The notes under the pieces were generated by a model. That model was not told the origin of the DNA and made no database searches. It saw only the letters and a list, made by a program, of their open reading frames with translations. From positions 14,963-78,962 of the forward strand of contig JBGATK010000005.1 of assembly GCA_044229265.1 (NCBI GenBank): a stretch of DNA of 64,000 nt. Reading direction: 5' to 3'. This document shows positions 18,903 to 27,928 of the stretch, piece after piece; position 1 is the first letter of the stretch, and each line of letters begins with the position of its first letter. Source of the stretch: Minisyncoccia bacterium (GTDB lineage: Bacteria > Patescibacteriota > Minisyncoccia > Phycocordibacterales > UBA9973). The translations under genes were made by a program, and so were the position numbers.

Positions 18903-19808
18903 TTATAACATATTTAATTTCAAAATTTTGGTGCGGATTTCTTTGCGGAGCCAGAGTTTTGTGGTTTTACCTATGTCGCCATCAAATTTTATATCTATAA
19001 TTTGCGAAAGCAAATCTTTCAAAAAATCACTTTCTGTATAAATATAATTAATTCCTTCCTTTATGCTAGGCACTGAAAGCATCCAATTAATGTTGCCTAT
19101 ATTCTCTAGGGTTTCTTTGATTTCTTTTTGATTTTTTTGAATAAAATTCGCACCGTTCCAAAGCTCAATTTGCGCAAAAGTTATATCGCTAACTATGCCT
19201 TTGGTATCTTCTACTATAGCCTTTATTGGATTTTCCTCTACGGATTTGGTTTGCTCATTAAAGTAATCTTCTTTCCAACTTTTTGGCAAATGAGTATATT
19301 CTTGTAATTCTTTGAAAGCTGATAAATCTCTATCAGTAGTGACGGAGGATTTCAAATCCAAAGTATTTGAAACTATAGCTAAAATAAGTAAATTTGCATT
19401 TAAAAAATCAATTTCTATCTTTTCTTTTTTATATTCTTCCCAAATCAAAGTAGCACAAGCACCTACCATTTCTATTTTAGATTTTTCATTTAAAACATTT
19501 TTCCAATGATCTACAAAACCATATCTATGATCAAAAATCTCTATAATATTATTTTCATTTACTCCACTCGCTATTTGTGCCGGCTCAGAAACATCGACAA
19601 CTACAAACTTGTCCTCCTCCATAATAGAAATTTGTGTTTCAAAATCAATATCCCATTCTAAAATAGAGTTAGTAATACTAGAATTTAAAACACCGGGTAA
19701 ATAAATTTTGTTTTCAATTCCTTTTTCTCTTAATAAATGACTGTAGGCAACAGCACAAGCAAAAGCATCTATATCTGTCCACGACTGTCCTGAAGTTATG
19801 TAAAGCAT
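18903..19808 (-). CDS. DHH/DHHA2 family protein resembling family II inorganic pyrophosphatase, with atypical active-site motifs
   Basis: Collinear with PpaC (TDIDAFACAVAYSHLL; VVVDVSE; IEIFDHRYGF; GACATLIWEEY...SNTLDLKSSVTTDRD). Motif I is GQSWTD instead of GHQNPD, and motif III is DHR instead of DHH. Confidence 0.5.
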   Translation of the reverse strand: MLYITSGQSWTDIDAFACAVAYSHLLREKGIENKIYLPGVLNSSITNSILEWDIDFETQISIMEEDKFVVVDVSEPAQIASGVNENNIIEIFDHRYGFVDHWKNVLNEKSKIEMVGACATLIWEEYKKEKIEIDFLNANLLILAIVSNTLDLKSSVTTDRDLSAFKELQEYTHLPKSWKEDYFNEQTKSVEENPIKAIVEDTKGIVSDITFAQIELWNGANFIQKNQKEIKETLENIGNINWMLSVPSIKEGINYIYTESDFLKDLLSQIIDIKFDGDIGKTTKLWLRKEIRTKILKLNML

Positions 19809-19809
19809 T

Positions 19810-20700
19810 TTACTTTAGATTATTAAAAAGTTTTAAGCGGTTTTCTACTACTTTTTCTACAGCTTCTACTCCATGAATTGCTATTTTATATGGTGCAATT
19901 TCATTTGGATTTTCGTGCATGGCTTTATGCTCTGCTTCTACAAAAGCCTGCCTGATTTCACTGTTGATGTGCACGATAGCTACACCAGATGCTATAGCAT
20001 TTGTAAAATCCTCATCACGAAGTCCGGAACCACCGTGAAGCACGAGTGGCACACCTGCTACTTGCCTTATTTGTTTTGCGAGATCAGAATCTATGTGTGG
20101 TTTACCAGTTTTAATTAAACCATGCACAGAACCGATAGATGGAGCAAGTAAATCTATGCCTGTTTCTTCGACAAATCTTTTTGCATCTTCCATTTTGGTT
20201 AAAACACCAGCACCTTCGGGAATGCTTTCTTTGATATCACTACCTTTACCTATGAATCCCAGTTCTGACTCTACTAAAATATCTCTGCCTGTTTGCATAG
20301 ATACTTGTCGTGCGTAATCCACGCATTTTTTTGCAAGAGCTACATTTTCTTCAAATGGCAAACCTGCACTGTCTATAATCACAGCATCGAAACCTGCATC
20401 GATACATTTCTTTACACTTTCAAAATTTTCATGATGATCAGCGTTTAAAAATATCGGGTAATTATCGCGCTCACGAATTGTTTTAACGAGTGCCACTACT
20501 TCTTCGATACCTAAAAATTTCTCTTCTCCTGGTGATACACCAATAATCACAGGCACACTTAAGTTCTTTGCAGCATTATAAATAGCATGCAAGCCTTCTA
20601 AATTTGAAATATTAAAATGCCCTATAGCCACACCCTTTTCCTCTGCTTCTTTTATATACTCGCGCAGTGATTTTAGTTTTTCCATGTAAATATTATACAA
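19810..20700 (-). CDS. fba: Class II fructose/tagatose-bisphosphate aldolase
   Basis: VAIGHFNISNLEG...PVIIGVS and LVLHGGSG class II aldolase motifs. Confidence 0.8.
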   Translation of the reverse strand: MYNIYMEKLKSLREYIKEAEEKGVAIGHFNISNLEGLHAIYNAAKNLSVPVIIGVSPGEEKFLGIEEVVALVKTIRERDNYPIFLNADHHENFESVKKCIDAGFDAVIIDSAGLPFEENVALAKKCVDYARQVSMQTGRDILVESELGFIGKGSDIKESIPEGAGVLTKMEDAKRFVEETGIDLLAPSIGSVHGLIKTGKPHIDSDLAKQIRQVAGVPLVLHGGSGLRDEDFTNAIASGVAIVHINSEIRQAFVEAEHKAMHENPNEIAPYKIAIHGVEAVEKVVENRLKLFNNLK

Positions 20701-22180
20701 GCTCTTTAAGTAATTTCATAACCAATTGTGGATTTGCAGAGCCACCACTCTCTTTGATGACCTTACCTACGAGAGACATAATCGCATTTTCTTTACCACT
20801 TTTATACGTAGCTACAATTTCAGGATTTTCACCAATTATTTTCTGAACTATTTCTTTTAGGGCGCCTTCATCGTTTTGTTGAAGCAGATTTTTCTCTGTC
20901 GCTATCTTCATAGGGCTTTCGTCATTCAAAACTATCATAGCCAAAATGTCTTTTGCTCCGCGTGATGAGATTTTATTTTCGGCAAATAGTGTTATTAACT
21001 CAGCAAAATTTTCAGTACTTGGAATACCAACCTCACCCGACCTACGGCCACCCTCTCCTGTCCAGGAGAGGGGCTGGGGGTGAGGTGAATTTTTAAATAG
21101 ACTTTTCAAGATACCCATCAAATCTGAAGTTATGAAATTCGAAGCGGTTTTAATAGTTTCTTTATTTTTTAATATTTCTGCCACTTCTTCAAACCAAGTT
21201 GCGAGCTCTTTATCATTTATATACACTTCAGTGTCTTCAGCTTTGATGCCGAAATCATTCATGTACCTTGCACGCTTTGCTACTGGTAGTTCTGGAAGTT
21301 CTGACTTCATTCTAACTAGATCAAAAGCCTCATGGAGTCTAAGTTTTGGTAAATCAGGATCTGGGAAATACCTGTAGTCTTCACTACTTTCTTTTTTTCT
21401 CTGCGATATTGTTTTTTGTTTGCCTTCATCCCAGCCACGAGTTTCTTTGACTATCTCACTTTCCCTGCCTTCTTCCCAGAGCTTGATCATTCTATCTACT
21501 TCATGCTTGATAGCCTTCTCTACACTCTTGAAAGAATTTAAATTTTTGACTTCCACATACGCAGACCATTTTTTGTCTTTATCTGGACTGACGGAGACAT
21601 TGGCCTCCACTCGCATTTCACCCTTTTCCATATTTGCATGACTTGCTCCCAAATATTGCAAAAGCAACTGATACTCTTTAGCAAAATTACTTGCCACACG
21701 AGAAGCTTCGTCAACACTTTCGAAAGTATGAGGCTCGGTAACGAGCTCTGAGAGTGGCACACCTGCACGATTGAAATCTATCAAAGAATTTTCACCCACA
21801 TGCTTGTTATTCCCTGTGTCTTCTTCTAAATGCACGCGAGTTATGTCCATGTCTGCCAATTTGCCACCCTTCACTATCGGGTATTTATACTGCGAGATCT
21901 GATAGCCCTTGGGTATGTCAGGATAAAAATAATTCTTGCGATCGAATTCAGAAAAGTCGGCTATTTCACCATTTACCGCTAGCCCTATTTGAATCATCTT
22001 TTCTATAGCACCCTTATTCGGCACAGGCAAAGTTCCTGGGTGCGCCATACATACTGGGCAGACATTTTTATTTGGCTTCTCCTCCTCTGGATCATTCTTG
22101 CAAGAGCAAAACATCTTGGTTCTAGTCGCCAGTTCCGCGTGAATCTCGAGCCCTATAGTTGTGTAATACTTTTTCTCCAT
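20693..22180 (-). CDS. gatB: Asp/Glu-tRNA amidotransferase subunit B
   Basis: YYTTIGLEIHAELATRTKMFCSC N-terminus and a GatB/YqeY C-terminal domain. Carries an in-frame GC-rich insertion (see repeat 21031..21085). Confidence 0.9.
   Translation of the reverse strand: MEKKYYTTIGLEIHAELATRTKMFCSCKNDPEEEKPNKNVCPVCMAHPGTLPVPNKGAIEKMIQIGLAVNGEIADFSEFDRKNYFYPDIPKGYQISQYKYPIVKGGKLADMDITRVHLEEDTGNNKHVGENSLIDFNRAGVPLSELVTEPHTFESVDEASRVASNFAKEYQLLLQYLGASHANMEKGEMRVEANVSVSPDKDKKWSAYVEVKNLNSFKSVEKAIKHEVDRMIKLWEEGRESEIVKETRGWDEGKQKTISQRKKESSEDYRYFPDPDLPKLRLHEAFDLVRMKSELPELPVAKRARYMNDFGIKAEDTEVYINDKELATWFEEVAEILKNKETIKTASNFITSDLMGILKSLFKNSPHPQPLSWTGEGGRRSGEVGIPSTENFAELITLFAENKISSRGAKDILAMIVLNDESPMKIATEKNLLQQNDEGALKEIVQKIIGENPEIVATYKSGKENAIMSLVGKVIKESGGSANPQLVMKLLKELV
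21031..21085. repeat. GC-rich nested imperfect palindrome inserted in-frame in gatB
   Basis: Outer arms CCTCACCC/GGGTGAGG and inner arms CCCTCTCCTG/CAGGAGAGGG around a short loop. The local GC is far above surrounding sequence. It encodes ...HPQPLSWTGEGGRRSGEVG... within GatB. Confidence 0.6.
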
Positions 22181-22183
22181 AAA

Positions 22184-23179
22184 TTATTTCCCTAAAATTT
22201 TTGATAATTCGTGTTTGAATTCTTCTACTGAGGCATCATCGTAAAGAGACAATGTAAAAACTTGTTTTTTAAGTTTTGCAAATTCTTTTTTGATTTTCTC
22301 TATTTTCTTTGCATCGGGTATCATATCTGTTTTAGTCAGGATTATGATTTCTTCTTTATGTGCCAAACCATCATCATTTATTAAATTATTTTTCTTATCG
22401 TATTCTTCGAGCTCATTGCGTATTTCTTTGTAAACTTTCATTGGCTCAGCATTTTCTAGAGACACGAGGTGTGCAAGCATTTTAGTTCTTTTTATATGTC
22501 GCAAAAACTTTATACCGAGGCCTTTACCTTCGGATGCTCCTTCGATAAGTCCTGGCAAGTCTGCCAGAATATGACCAAAGAAATCTCCTAGATTTGGATC
22601 AAGAGTAGTGAAAGCATAATTACCTACTTTTGCTTGTGCATTAGTTATAGAATTAAGAAGTGATGATTTCCCTGCATTAGGCAAACCAACTAAACCAACA
22701 TCAGCAAAAAGTTCAAGTTCTACGTGAAAGTTTGCATGCTCTCCGTCTTGTCCATTGTTCTGTTCTATAGGAGTAGTATTTACAGAACTTTTAAAATGCT
22801 CATTGCCATAACCACCGTAGCCACCTTTTAATATCAAAAACCTTTCTTCAGGATTATTTAATTCCCATTTTTCGCCCGAGTCAATATTAGTCACAATAGA
22901 GCCAATAGGAAGTTTCAAAACGAAGTTTTCACCATTTTTACCATGCAAACTTTTTTTACCACCATCCTCACCGCGCTCGGCTATAAATTCATTCTTATGT
23001 CTATAATGAGCGAGTATACCGATATCGCGAACAGCTTCTATGTAAAAATCCCCGCCCCTGCCACCATCGCCACCTGCGGGCCCACCCCTAGGTACGAATT
23101 TTTCTTGGCGCCAGCGCACCACACCATCGCCACCCCTGCCTGCTTCTCCGTAAAAATTTAATTCATCTATAAATGCCAT
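22184..23179 (-). CDS. obg: GTPase Obg
   Basis: Obg fold with Gly-rich GGDGGRGGD and GTPase motifs GLPNAGKSS and DLPG. Confidence 0.9.
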   Translation of the reverse strand: MAFIDELNFYGEAGRGGDGVVRWRQEKFVPRGGPAGGDGGRGGDFYIEAVRDIGILAHYRHKNEFIAERGEDGGKKSLHGKNGENFVLKLPIGSIVTNIDSGEKWELNNPEERFLILKGGYGGYGNEHFKSSVNTTPIEQNNGQDGEHANFHVELELFADVGLVGLPNAGKSSLLNSITNAQAKVGNYAFTTLDPNLGDFFGHILADLPGLIEGASEGKGLGIKFLRHIKRTKMLAHLVSLENAEPMKVYKEIRNELEEYDKKNNLINDDGLAHKEEIIILTKTDMIPDAKKIEKIKKEFAKLKKQVFTLSLYDDASVEEFKHELSKILGK

Positions 23180-23189
23180 AAAATTGATA

Positions 23190-24113
23190 TTAGTTTAATA
23201 AAGCTTTCTCTGCAAATTCTATTGCATGTTCTTTTGAATCCAAATTTGCTAAATAACCATTATTGTGAACAAAAAAAATTCCCTCTATACCTTCTATCGA
23301 AGCTGTAAGATTTTCTTCAGATCTAATAAATCCACGCCAAGATTCTGGAAATGGTTTTCGGCTCTCCATCACTCCTGGGCTTTTACTAATAGCTTCTACT
23401 TTCCAGTTTGTACTGTGTCCGCTTGGATAGACTAAATAAATAGGCTCAGGAAAACTTGAAAGAACACTTTGGTATAAATATCTAGGGAATGAAGTTTCTA
23501 AAAAAATTATTCTTTTATCCTCAGCTTTTTCGTAAGCTGTTTTTATAATTTCTCTACCCTCAGCATCATCTAAGGCAACCATAATTTCGCGCTTTAAAAG
23601 TTCTACGACTTTTTTTACTTGTTCAAAAAAAACATGATCTGTAGCATTTGCATCTTCTTTCCAGGTAGGTTCAAAAATAGAAAATACTCTCGCCCCAGGA
23701 TATGGCTTTACATCATGAAATTTAAGTTCGCCTATATCTACACCATTATCATTTGCATCTATGGGACTCGCTATTTCCTCATCGATAATTTTCCAAGCAT
23801 CCATATTTCCAGCGCAAAGTTTTAAGCCAAAATGTTTCCAAACCAAACCGAAAGATGCATAAGGTATGCCATTTGACCTTACACCTGCACCACCTTTTTG
23901 ATGGTGGTCGTATCTATTTGTATCAGGATTATATTCCCCGCCCACATCGAAAACATAATCAGCATTTTTTATCATTTCCAAATCACGAGTGCGGATTATT
24001 TCAAAAGGCGTATTTTCATTTTGCATTACTAAGGCAAGAACACCTGCAGCAAAAAGATCGTCTGCATGAAAAGTGCCATTATGTGTTATTAATTTTTTTT
24101 TATTATTTTCCAT
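23190..24113 (-). CDS. UPF0160/MYG1 family metal-dependent hydrolase
   Basis: N-terminal HNGTFHADD motif of the MYG1/GAMM1 family. Confidence 0.7.
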   Translation of the reverse strand: MENNKKKLITHNGTFHADDLFAAGVLALVMQNENTPFEIIRTRDLEMIKNADYVFDVGGEYNPDTNRYDHHQKGGAGVRSNGIPYASFGLVWKHFGLKLCAGNMDAWKIIDEEIASPIDANDNGVDIGELKFHDVKPYPGARVFSIFEPTWKEDANATDHVFFEQVKKVVELLKREIMVALDDAEGREIIKTAYEKAEDKRIIFLETSFPRYLYQSVLSSFPEPIYLVYPSGHSTNWKVEAISKSPGVMESRKPFPESWRGFIRSEENLTASIEGIEGIFFVHNNGYLANLDSKEHAIEFAEKALLN

Positions 24114-24118
24114 CCAAT

Positions 24119-24571
24119 TTAAAATAAACCGTCAACTACTTCCTTAACTACATTTCCATCAGCCTTGCCTTTCAGATCACGCATCATAGCTGCCATAAGC
24201 ACACCTTTTTTACTAGCATCTTCGATATTTAATTCAAATTTTTTTGCGAGGGCTATGCCTTCTATCTCGCTCCTGTCCATCATTTTCGGTAAATATTGTT
24301 CGAGAATTTTTAATTGAGCCTCTTCTTCTGCTACCAAATCTTCGCGTCCACCTTTAGTGAATTGCTCTATACTATCTTTGCGTTGTTTGGCTGTACGCAT
24401 TATTACTGCTAAGACTTCTTCATCATTTAATAAATCTTGCGGAGTTTTGCCTTTAGCTACAACTTCGTTCATCATAGCGGTCGAGAGAGCACGCATAACT
24501 TCAAGACGAACTTTGTCTTTCGCCATCATCGCTTCTTTTATATTTGATTTTATTTGTTCATGTAAGTTCAT
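24119..24571 (-). CDS. GatB/YqeY domain protein
   Basis: 150-aa protein with YqeY-like helical domain motifs (KEAMMAKDKVRLEVMRAL). Confidence 0.75.
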   Translation of the reverse strand: MNLHEQIKSNIKEAMMAKDKVRLEVMRALSTAMMNEVVAKGKTPQDLLNDEEVLAVIMRTAKQRKDSIEQFTKGGREDLVAEEEAQLKILEQYLPKMMDRSEIEGIALAKKFELNIEDASKKGVLMAAMMRDLKGKADGNVVKEVVDGLF

Positions 24572-24679
24572 ATAGTCATTATAGCAAATTATGTTAAAAT
24601 ATAGAAACTTGTCCCGTACTAAAATTTTGATTACGGGATATGGCCGACATTTATTAACTTTTAAATTTTAAGTACTGGG

Positions 24680-25399
24680 ATGAATAAGAAAATAATATTT
24701 TTTGATACTGAAACTACTGGTAATACAGACAAAGATTTTATTTGCCAAATTGCCTATATGAATGATGGGGAAAAATTTGAGGCATTATACAAGCCTGAAA
24801 ATAAAATTCCCCCAGAAGCATCTGCTGTGCACCATATAACAAACAAAATGGTGGCTGATAAGCCTGCCTTTAAAGAAAGTACTGATTATAAAAAAATCAA
24901 AGAACTTTTTGAAGATACCAATACTGTAGCTGTAGCCCACAATGCCCTTTTTGATATTGCTATGTTTAAAAAAGAAGGTATTGAAATAAAAAACTTTATC
25001 TGCACACTTCGCTTAGCACGTGCCCTCGACCCCGAAGAAAAGATAGAACGCTACAATCTGCAATATTTGCGCTACCTCCTTGAAATAGAAGTCGAAGCAC
25101 AAGCTCATGATGCTATGGGCGACGTTATGGTCCTCGAGCAACTTTTCGGTAGACTTAAGAAAAAAATTATCGAAAGTGAAAATTTGAGCGAAGAAGAAGC
25201 CATAAATAAAATGCTGGAAATTTCCAGCCGTCCATCACTCCTGCGTACTATTCGTTTTGGTAAACATGCAGGTAAAAAAATGGAAGAAATACTAAAAATA
25301 GATCGCGGATACCTCGAATGGCTTTACGGTGAAAAGATCAAAGAAGAATCTCCTGACGAAGATTGGATATATACGCTGAAATATTATTTGGGGAAATAA
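24680..25399 (+). CDS. DEDD-family 3'-5' exonuclease (DnaQ-like)
   Basis: Exo I FFDTETTG, Exo II HNALFDIAM and Exo III HDAMGDV. Confidence 0.75.
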   Translation: MNKKIIFFDTETTGNTDKDFICQIAYMNDGEKFEALYKPENKIPPEASAVHHITNKMVADKPAFKESTDYKKIKELFEDTNTVAVAHNALFDIAMFKKEGIEIKNFICTLRLARALDPEEKIERYNLQYLRYLLEIEVEAQAHDAMGDVMVLEQLFGRLKKKIIESENLSEEEAINKMLEISSRPSLLRTIRFGKHAGKKMEEILKIDRGYLEWLYGEKIKEESPDEDWIYTLKYYLGK

Positions 25400-25445
25400 A
25401 AAAAGGCCGTAGCGTGCGCTCGTGCCTTAAAATCTTTTTTTGGTT

Positions 25446-25608
25446 ATTTTCTAAAATCAAATAACCAAACTAATGGATACAACCACCAACCAAAGATAAA
25501 CGCAAATCTATATTTAAACTGATTTAATCTTCGATCTTTTTCATCTTGAATCTCAATCAAGATTGCAGTGATCCCTAAATAAACAAGAATAAAAGTTGCT
25601 ATTTCCAT
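25446..25608 (-). CDS. Small hydrophobic peptide (54 aa), possible membrane protein
   Basis: ATG 2 nt after the stop of the upstream gene. Sequence MEIATFILVYLGITAILIEIQDEKDRRLNQFKYRFAFIFGWWLYPLVWLFDFRK. Below the ORF-track cutoff. Confidence 0.25.
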
Positions 25609-25609
25609 A

Positions 25610-26029
25610 TTACAAAATTTTCTTTTTGAAAGGAATAAAAACTCCCGCCGATAATACTACCTGCATTTTCCTCTCATAGAGAGTTCCAAGCTCTAAAAAA
25701 AGAGCTGCCTGAGTTTTTGGGACTGGAAAGGTATGGCCAATTCCTAAAAAATTACTTTCTCCTGCAGTATTTACCAAATGCACCGCATACCAATTTTCGT
25801 ATATGAATGCATTTACTAAATTATCCGTAAGAACAGTATACCCTCCTGCTATGGTTATTTTTTCAGAAATTTGATACCAAACCAAAGTATGGACTGGGTT
25901 GAATTGCTTTGGTTTTTTAAAATCCACAGTATATATTTGTGGAGCTAAATTAATCCCAATTGAAAGTTTCTGCGCACTAAGGTTTAAACCGAAAGCACAA
26001 AATAAAAAGAGAAAACAAATATTTTTCAT
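25610..26029 (-). CDS. Secreted hypothetical protein
   Basis: N-terminal signal peptide (MKNICFLFLFCAFGLNLSA), an aromatic-rich body and a beta-strand-like C-terminus. Confidence 0.4.
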   Translation of the reverse strand: MKNICFLFLFCAFGLNLSAQKLSIGINLAPQIYTVDFKKPKQFNPVHTLVWYQISEKITIAGGYTVLTDNLVNAFIYENWYAVHLVNTAGESNFLGIGHTFPVPKTQAALFLELGTLYERKMQVVLSAGVFIPFKKKIL

Positions 26030-26134
26030 GGTAAATTTTTTAAAGGTGAAAGGAAAAATTCAAATATAAACTAGCACGAGAATTTATATTTGTCAACCCT
26101 ATTTTGCTTAGTAAAATATTGCTAAAATGTATAG

Positions 26135-27196
26135 ATGGAAAATATTATCGGTATTTTAATAGCATTTTTGATTGGAGGCATTATTGCCTTTTTTGTGTTT
26201 TATAAAAAAAGCAATGTTGCAAGTGAAGAAAAAAAAGATGACATCGGCCTACAGCTAATACTCACCCAGCTCAATGAACTCGCGAGGACTGTGGATAATA
26301 AGATAGGAGAAAGCCATAAACAAGTGCGCGATAGTTTGCAATTCCATTCTAGTGAATCAAATAAAATCATCCGTGATGTGACAGAGAAACTTACGAGACT
26401 CGATGAGACGAATAAGCAAGTCATCTCCTTTGCTGACCAACTGCAAAGCCTAGAAAACATTTTGAAAAATCCAAAACAACGCGGAATCCTCGGTGAATAT
26501 TATCTCGAAACTGTCCTCAAAAATGTCCTCCCCCCTGGCTCATACCAAATGCAATACCCCTTCCCAGACGGCACCATAGTCGACGCTGTAGTATTTGTGA
26601 AAGACAAGATCATCCCTATCGACTCCAAATTCTCGCTTGAAAATTACAATAAAATGATAGAGGAGAATAATGAAGCCGAGAAGAAAAAGCTCGAAACTAT
26701 ATTTGTAAATGATTTAAAAAATCGTATTACCGAGACAGCTAAATACATTCAGCCAAATGAAGGCACTACAGACTTTGCTTTTATGTTTATTCCACACGAA
26801 GCTATATATTACGATTTAATAACAAATAAAATTGGTGGCTTAAAAGACGAAGAAAATGAGACTTTAATTCAACGCGCTTCTGGCAAATATAAAGTCATCA
26901 TCACTAGCCCCACATCATTTCTCGCATACCTCCAAACAGTCTTGCAAGGCCTTAAAGCAATGCAAATAGAAGAGAGTGCAAAAGAGATAATCAAGCGTGT
27001 CGAAGAGCTAGGCAAGCACTTAAAAAGCTACGATGAATACCATACCAAGCTCGGCAACTCACTCTCGACAGTGGTAAACCATTACAATGCTTCAAATAAA
27101 GAGCTGAAAAAGATAGATAAAGACGTCTTGCGTATAGCTGGCGCAAGCCCCGAGCTCTCGTCCCTTTCCATAGATAAGCCTCGCGAGGAAGAATAA
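26135..27196 (+). CDS. rmuC: DNA recombination protein RmuC
   Basis: N-terminal TM helix, coiled coil and RmuC nuclease-like core DFAFMFIPHEAIYYD. Confidence 0.75.
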   Translation: MENIIGILIAFLIGGIIAFFVFYKKSNVASEEKKDDIGLQLILTQLNELARTVDNKIGESHKQVRDSLQFHSSESNKIIRDVTEKLTRLDETNKQVISFADQLQSLENILKNPKQRGILGEYYLETVLKNVLPPGSYQMQYPFPDGTIVDAVVFVKDKIIPIDSKFSLENYNKMIEENNEAEKKKLETIFVNDLKNRITETAKYIQPNEGTTDFAFMFIPHEAIYYDLITNKIGGLKDEENETLIQRASGKYKVIITSPTSFLAYLQTVLQGLKAMQIEESAKEIIKRVEELGKHLKSYDEYHTKLGNSLSTVVNHYNASNKELKKIDKDVLRIAGASPELSSLSIDKPREEE

Positions 27197-27209
27197 AAAC
27201 AGAAAAAAC

Positions 27210-27237
27210 TTGACATTTTCTACAGAAAGAGTATAAT
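27210..27237 (+). promoter_or_regulatory. Near-consensus sigma70-like promoter (TTGACA-16-TATAAT)
   Basis: TTGACA at 27210-27215 and TATAAT at 27232-27237. Confidence 0.35.
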
Positions 27238-27408
27238 ATTGACTATATATGCTATTTGTGTTGATATTTATATCAAAACAAAGTTGACAATTTTTTTAAC
27301 CAAAAAAATCCTTCTACATGAAGAAAGCTAAACCTCCTCCCTGTTGTAGTAAAAAACCTATAACTACACCTAACTAAAATTATTTTCTTTTTTTAAAAAA
27401 ACTCAAAC

Positions 27409-27708
27409 ATGACAGCAGTTCATTTAGCCTTGCGGATCAAGGATGATCCAAAAAATCACATATTAGCGGTTAATAATTTTACTAGCGACCCCAAAAACCA
27501 AATTCCTTCCAACTTTAGCGAGCTACACCAGACCTTAAAATTTATAGCCCAACAAAAAAAGGAATCTATAGATGCTAAGAAAACAATTAGTTATCTAGCT
27601 AAAGAAGCCGTAAAGGCTACCGAAGCTGGATTACTCCAGGATGCTCTAAATTTACGCAAAAAAATTACTGGATTAATGCCAGTTGCTTTTGCAACAAATT
27701 TAGCTTAG
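27409..27708 (+). CDS. Hypothetical protein
   Basis: 99-aa ORF followed by a terminator. No recognisable family. Confidence 0.4.
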   Translation: MTAVHLALRIKDDPKNHILAVNNFTSDPKNQIPSNFSELHQTLKFIAQQKKESIDAKKTISYLAKEAVKATEAGLLQDALNLRKKITGLMPVAFATNLA

Positions 27709-27739
27709 CAATGTAAAAGTTTTATTTAAACATCACCTA

Positions 27740-27771
27740 ACAGCGTCTCTATCGAGGCGCTGTGTTTTTTT
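27740..27771 (+). terminator. Rho-independent terminator
   Basis: ACAGCG...CGCTGT stem followed by TTTTTTT. Confidence 0.55.
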
Positions 27772-27803
27772 ATTTAATTTTTTGTGTTATATTATTTTCT
27801 ATT

Positions 27804-27875
27804 GGCTCTATCGTCTAACGGTTAGGACACATCCTTCTCAAGGATGGAATCAGGGTTCGATTCCCTGTAGAGTCA
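27804..27875 (+). tRNA. tRNA-Glu (anticodon CTC)
   Basis: Cloverleaf folded by hand: acceptor GGCTCTA/TAGAGTC, anticodon stem CATCC/GGATG, loop TTCTCAA, T-arm CAGGG-TTCGATT-CCCTG. CCA is not encoded. Confidence 0.8.
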
Positions 27876-27928
27876 CAAATCCAATTTTCAGGTGTTCGAC
27901 ACCCGATAAGCTATATTTTATAAGGGTT

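Noticed and set aside
21132-21768. Small ORFs on both strands inside gatB (81, 73 and 76 aa)
   Set aside because: They are nested within a well-supported gatB reading frame and have no independent support.
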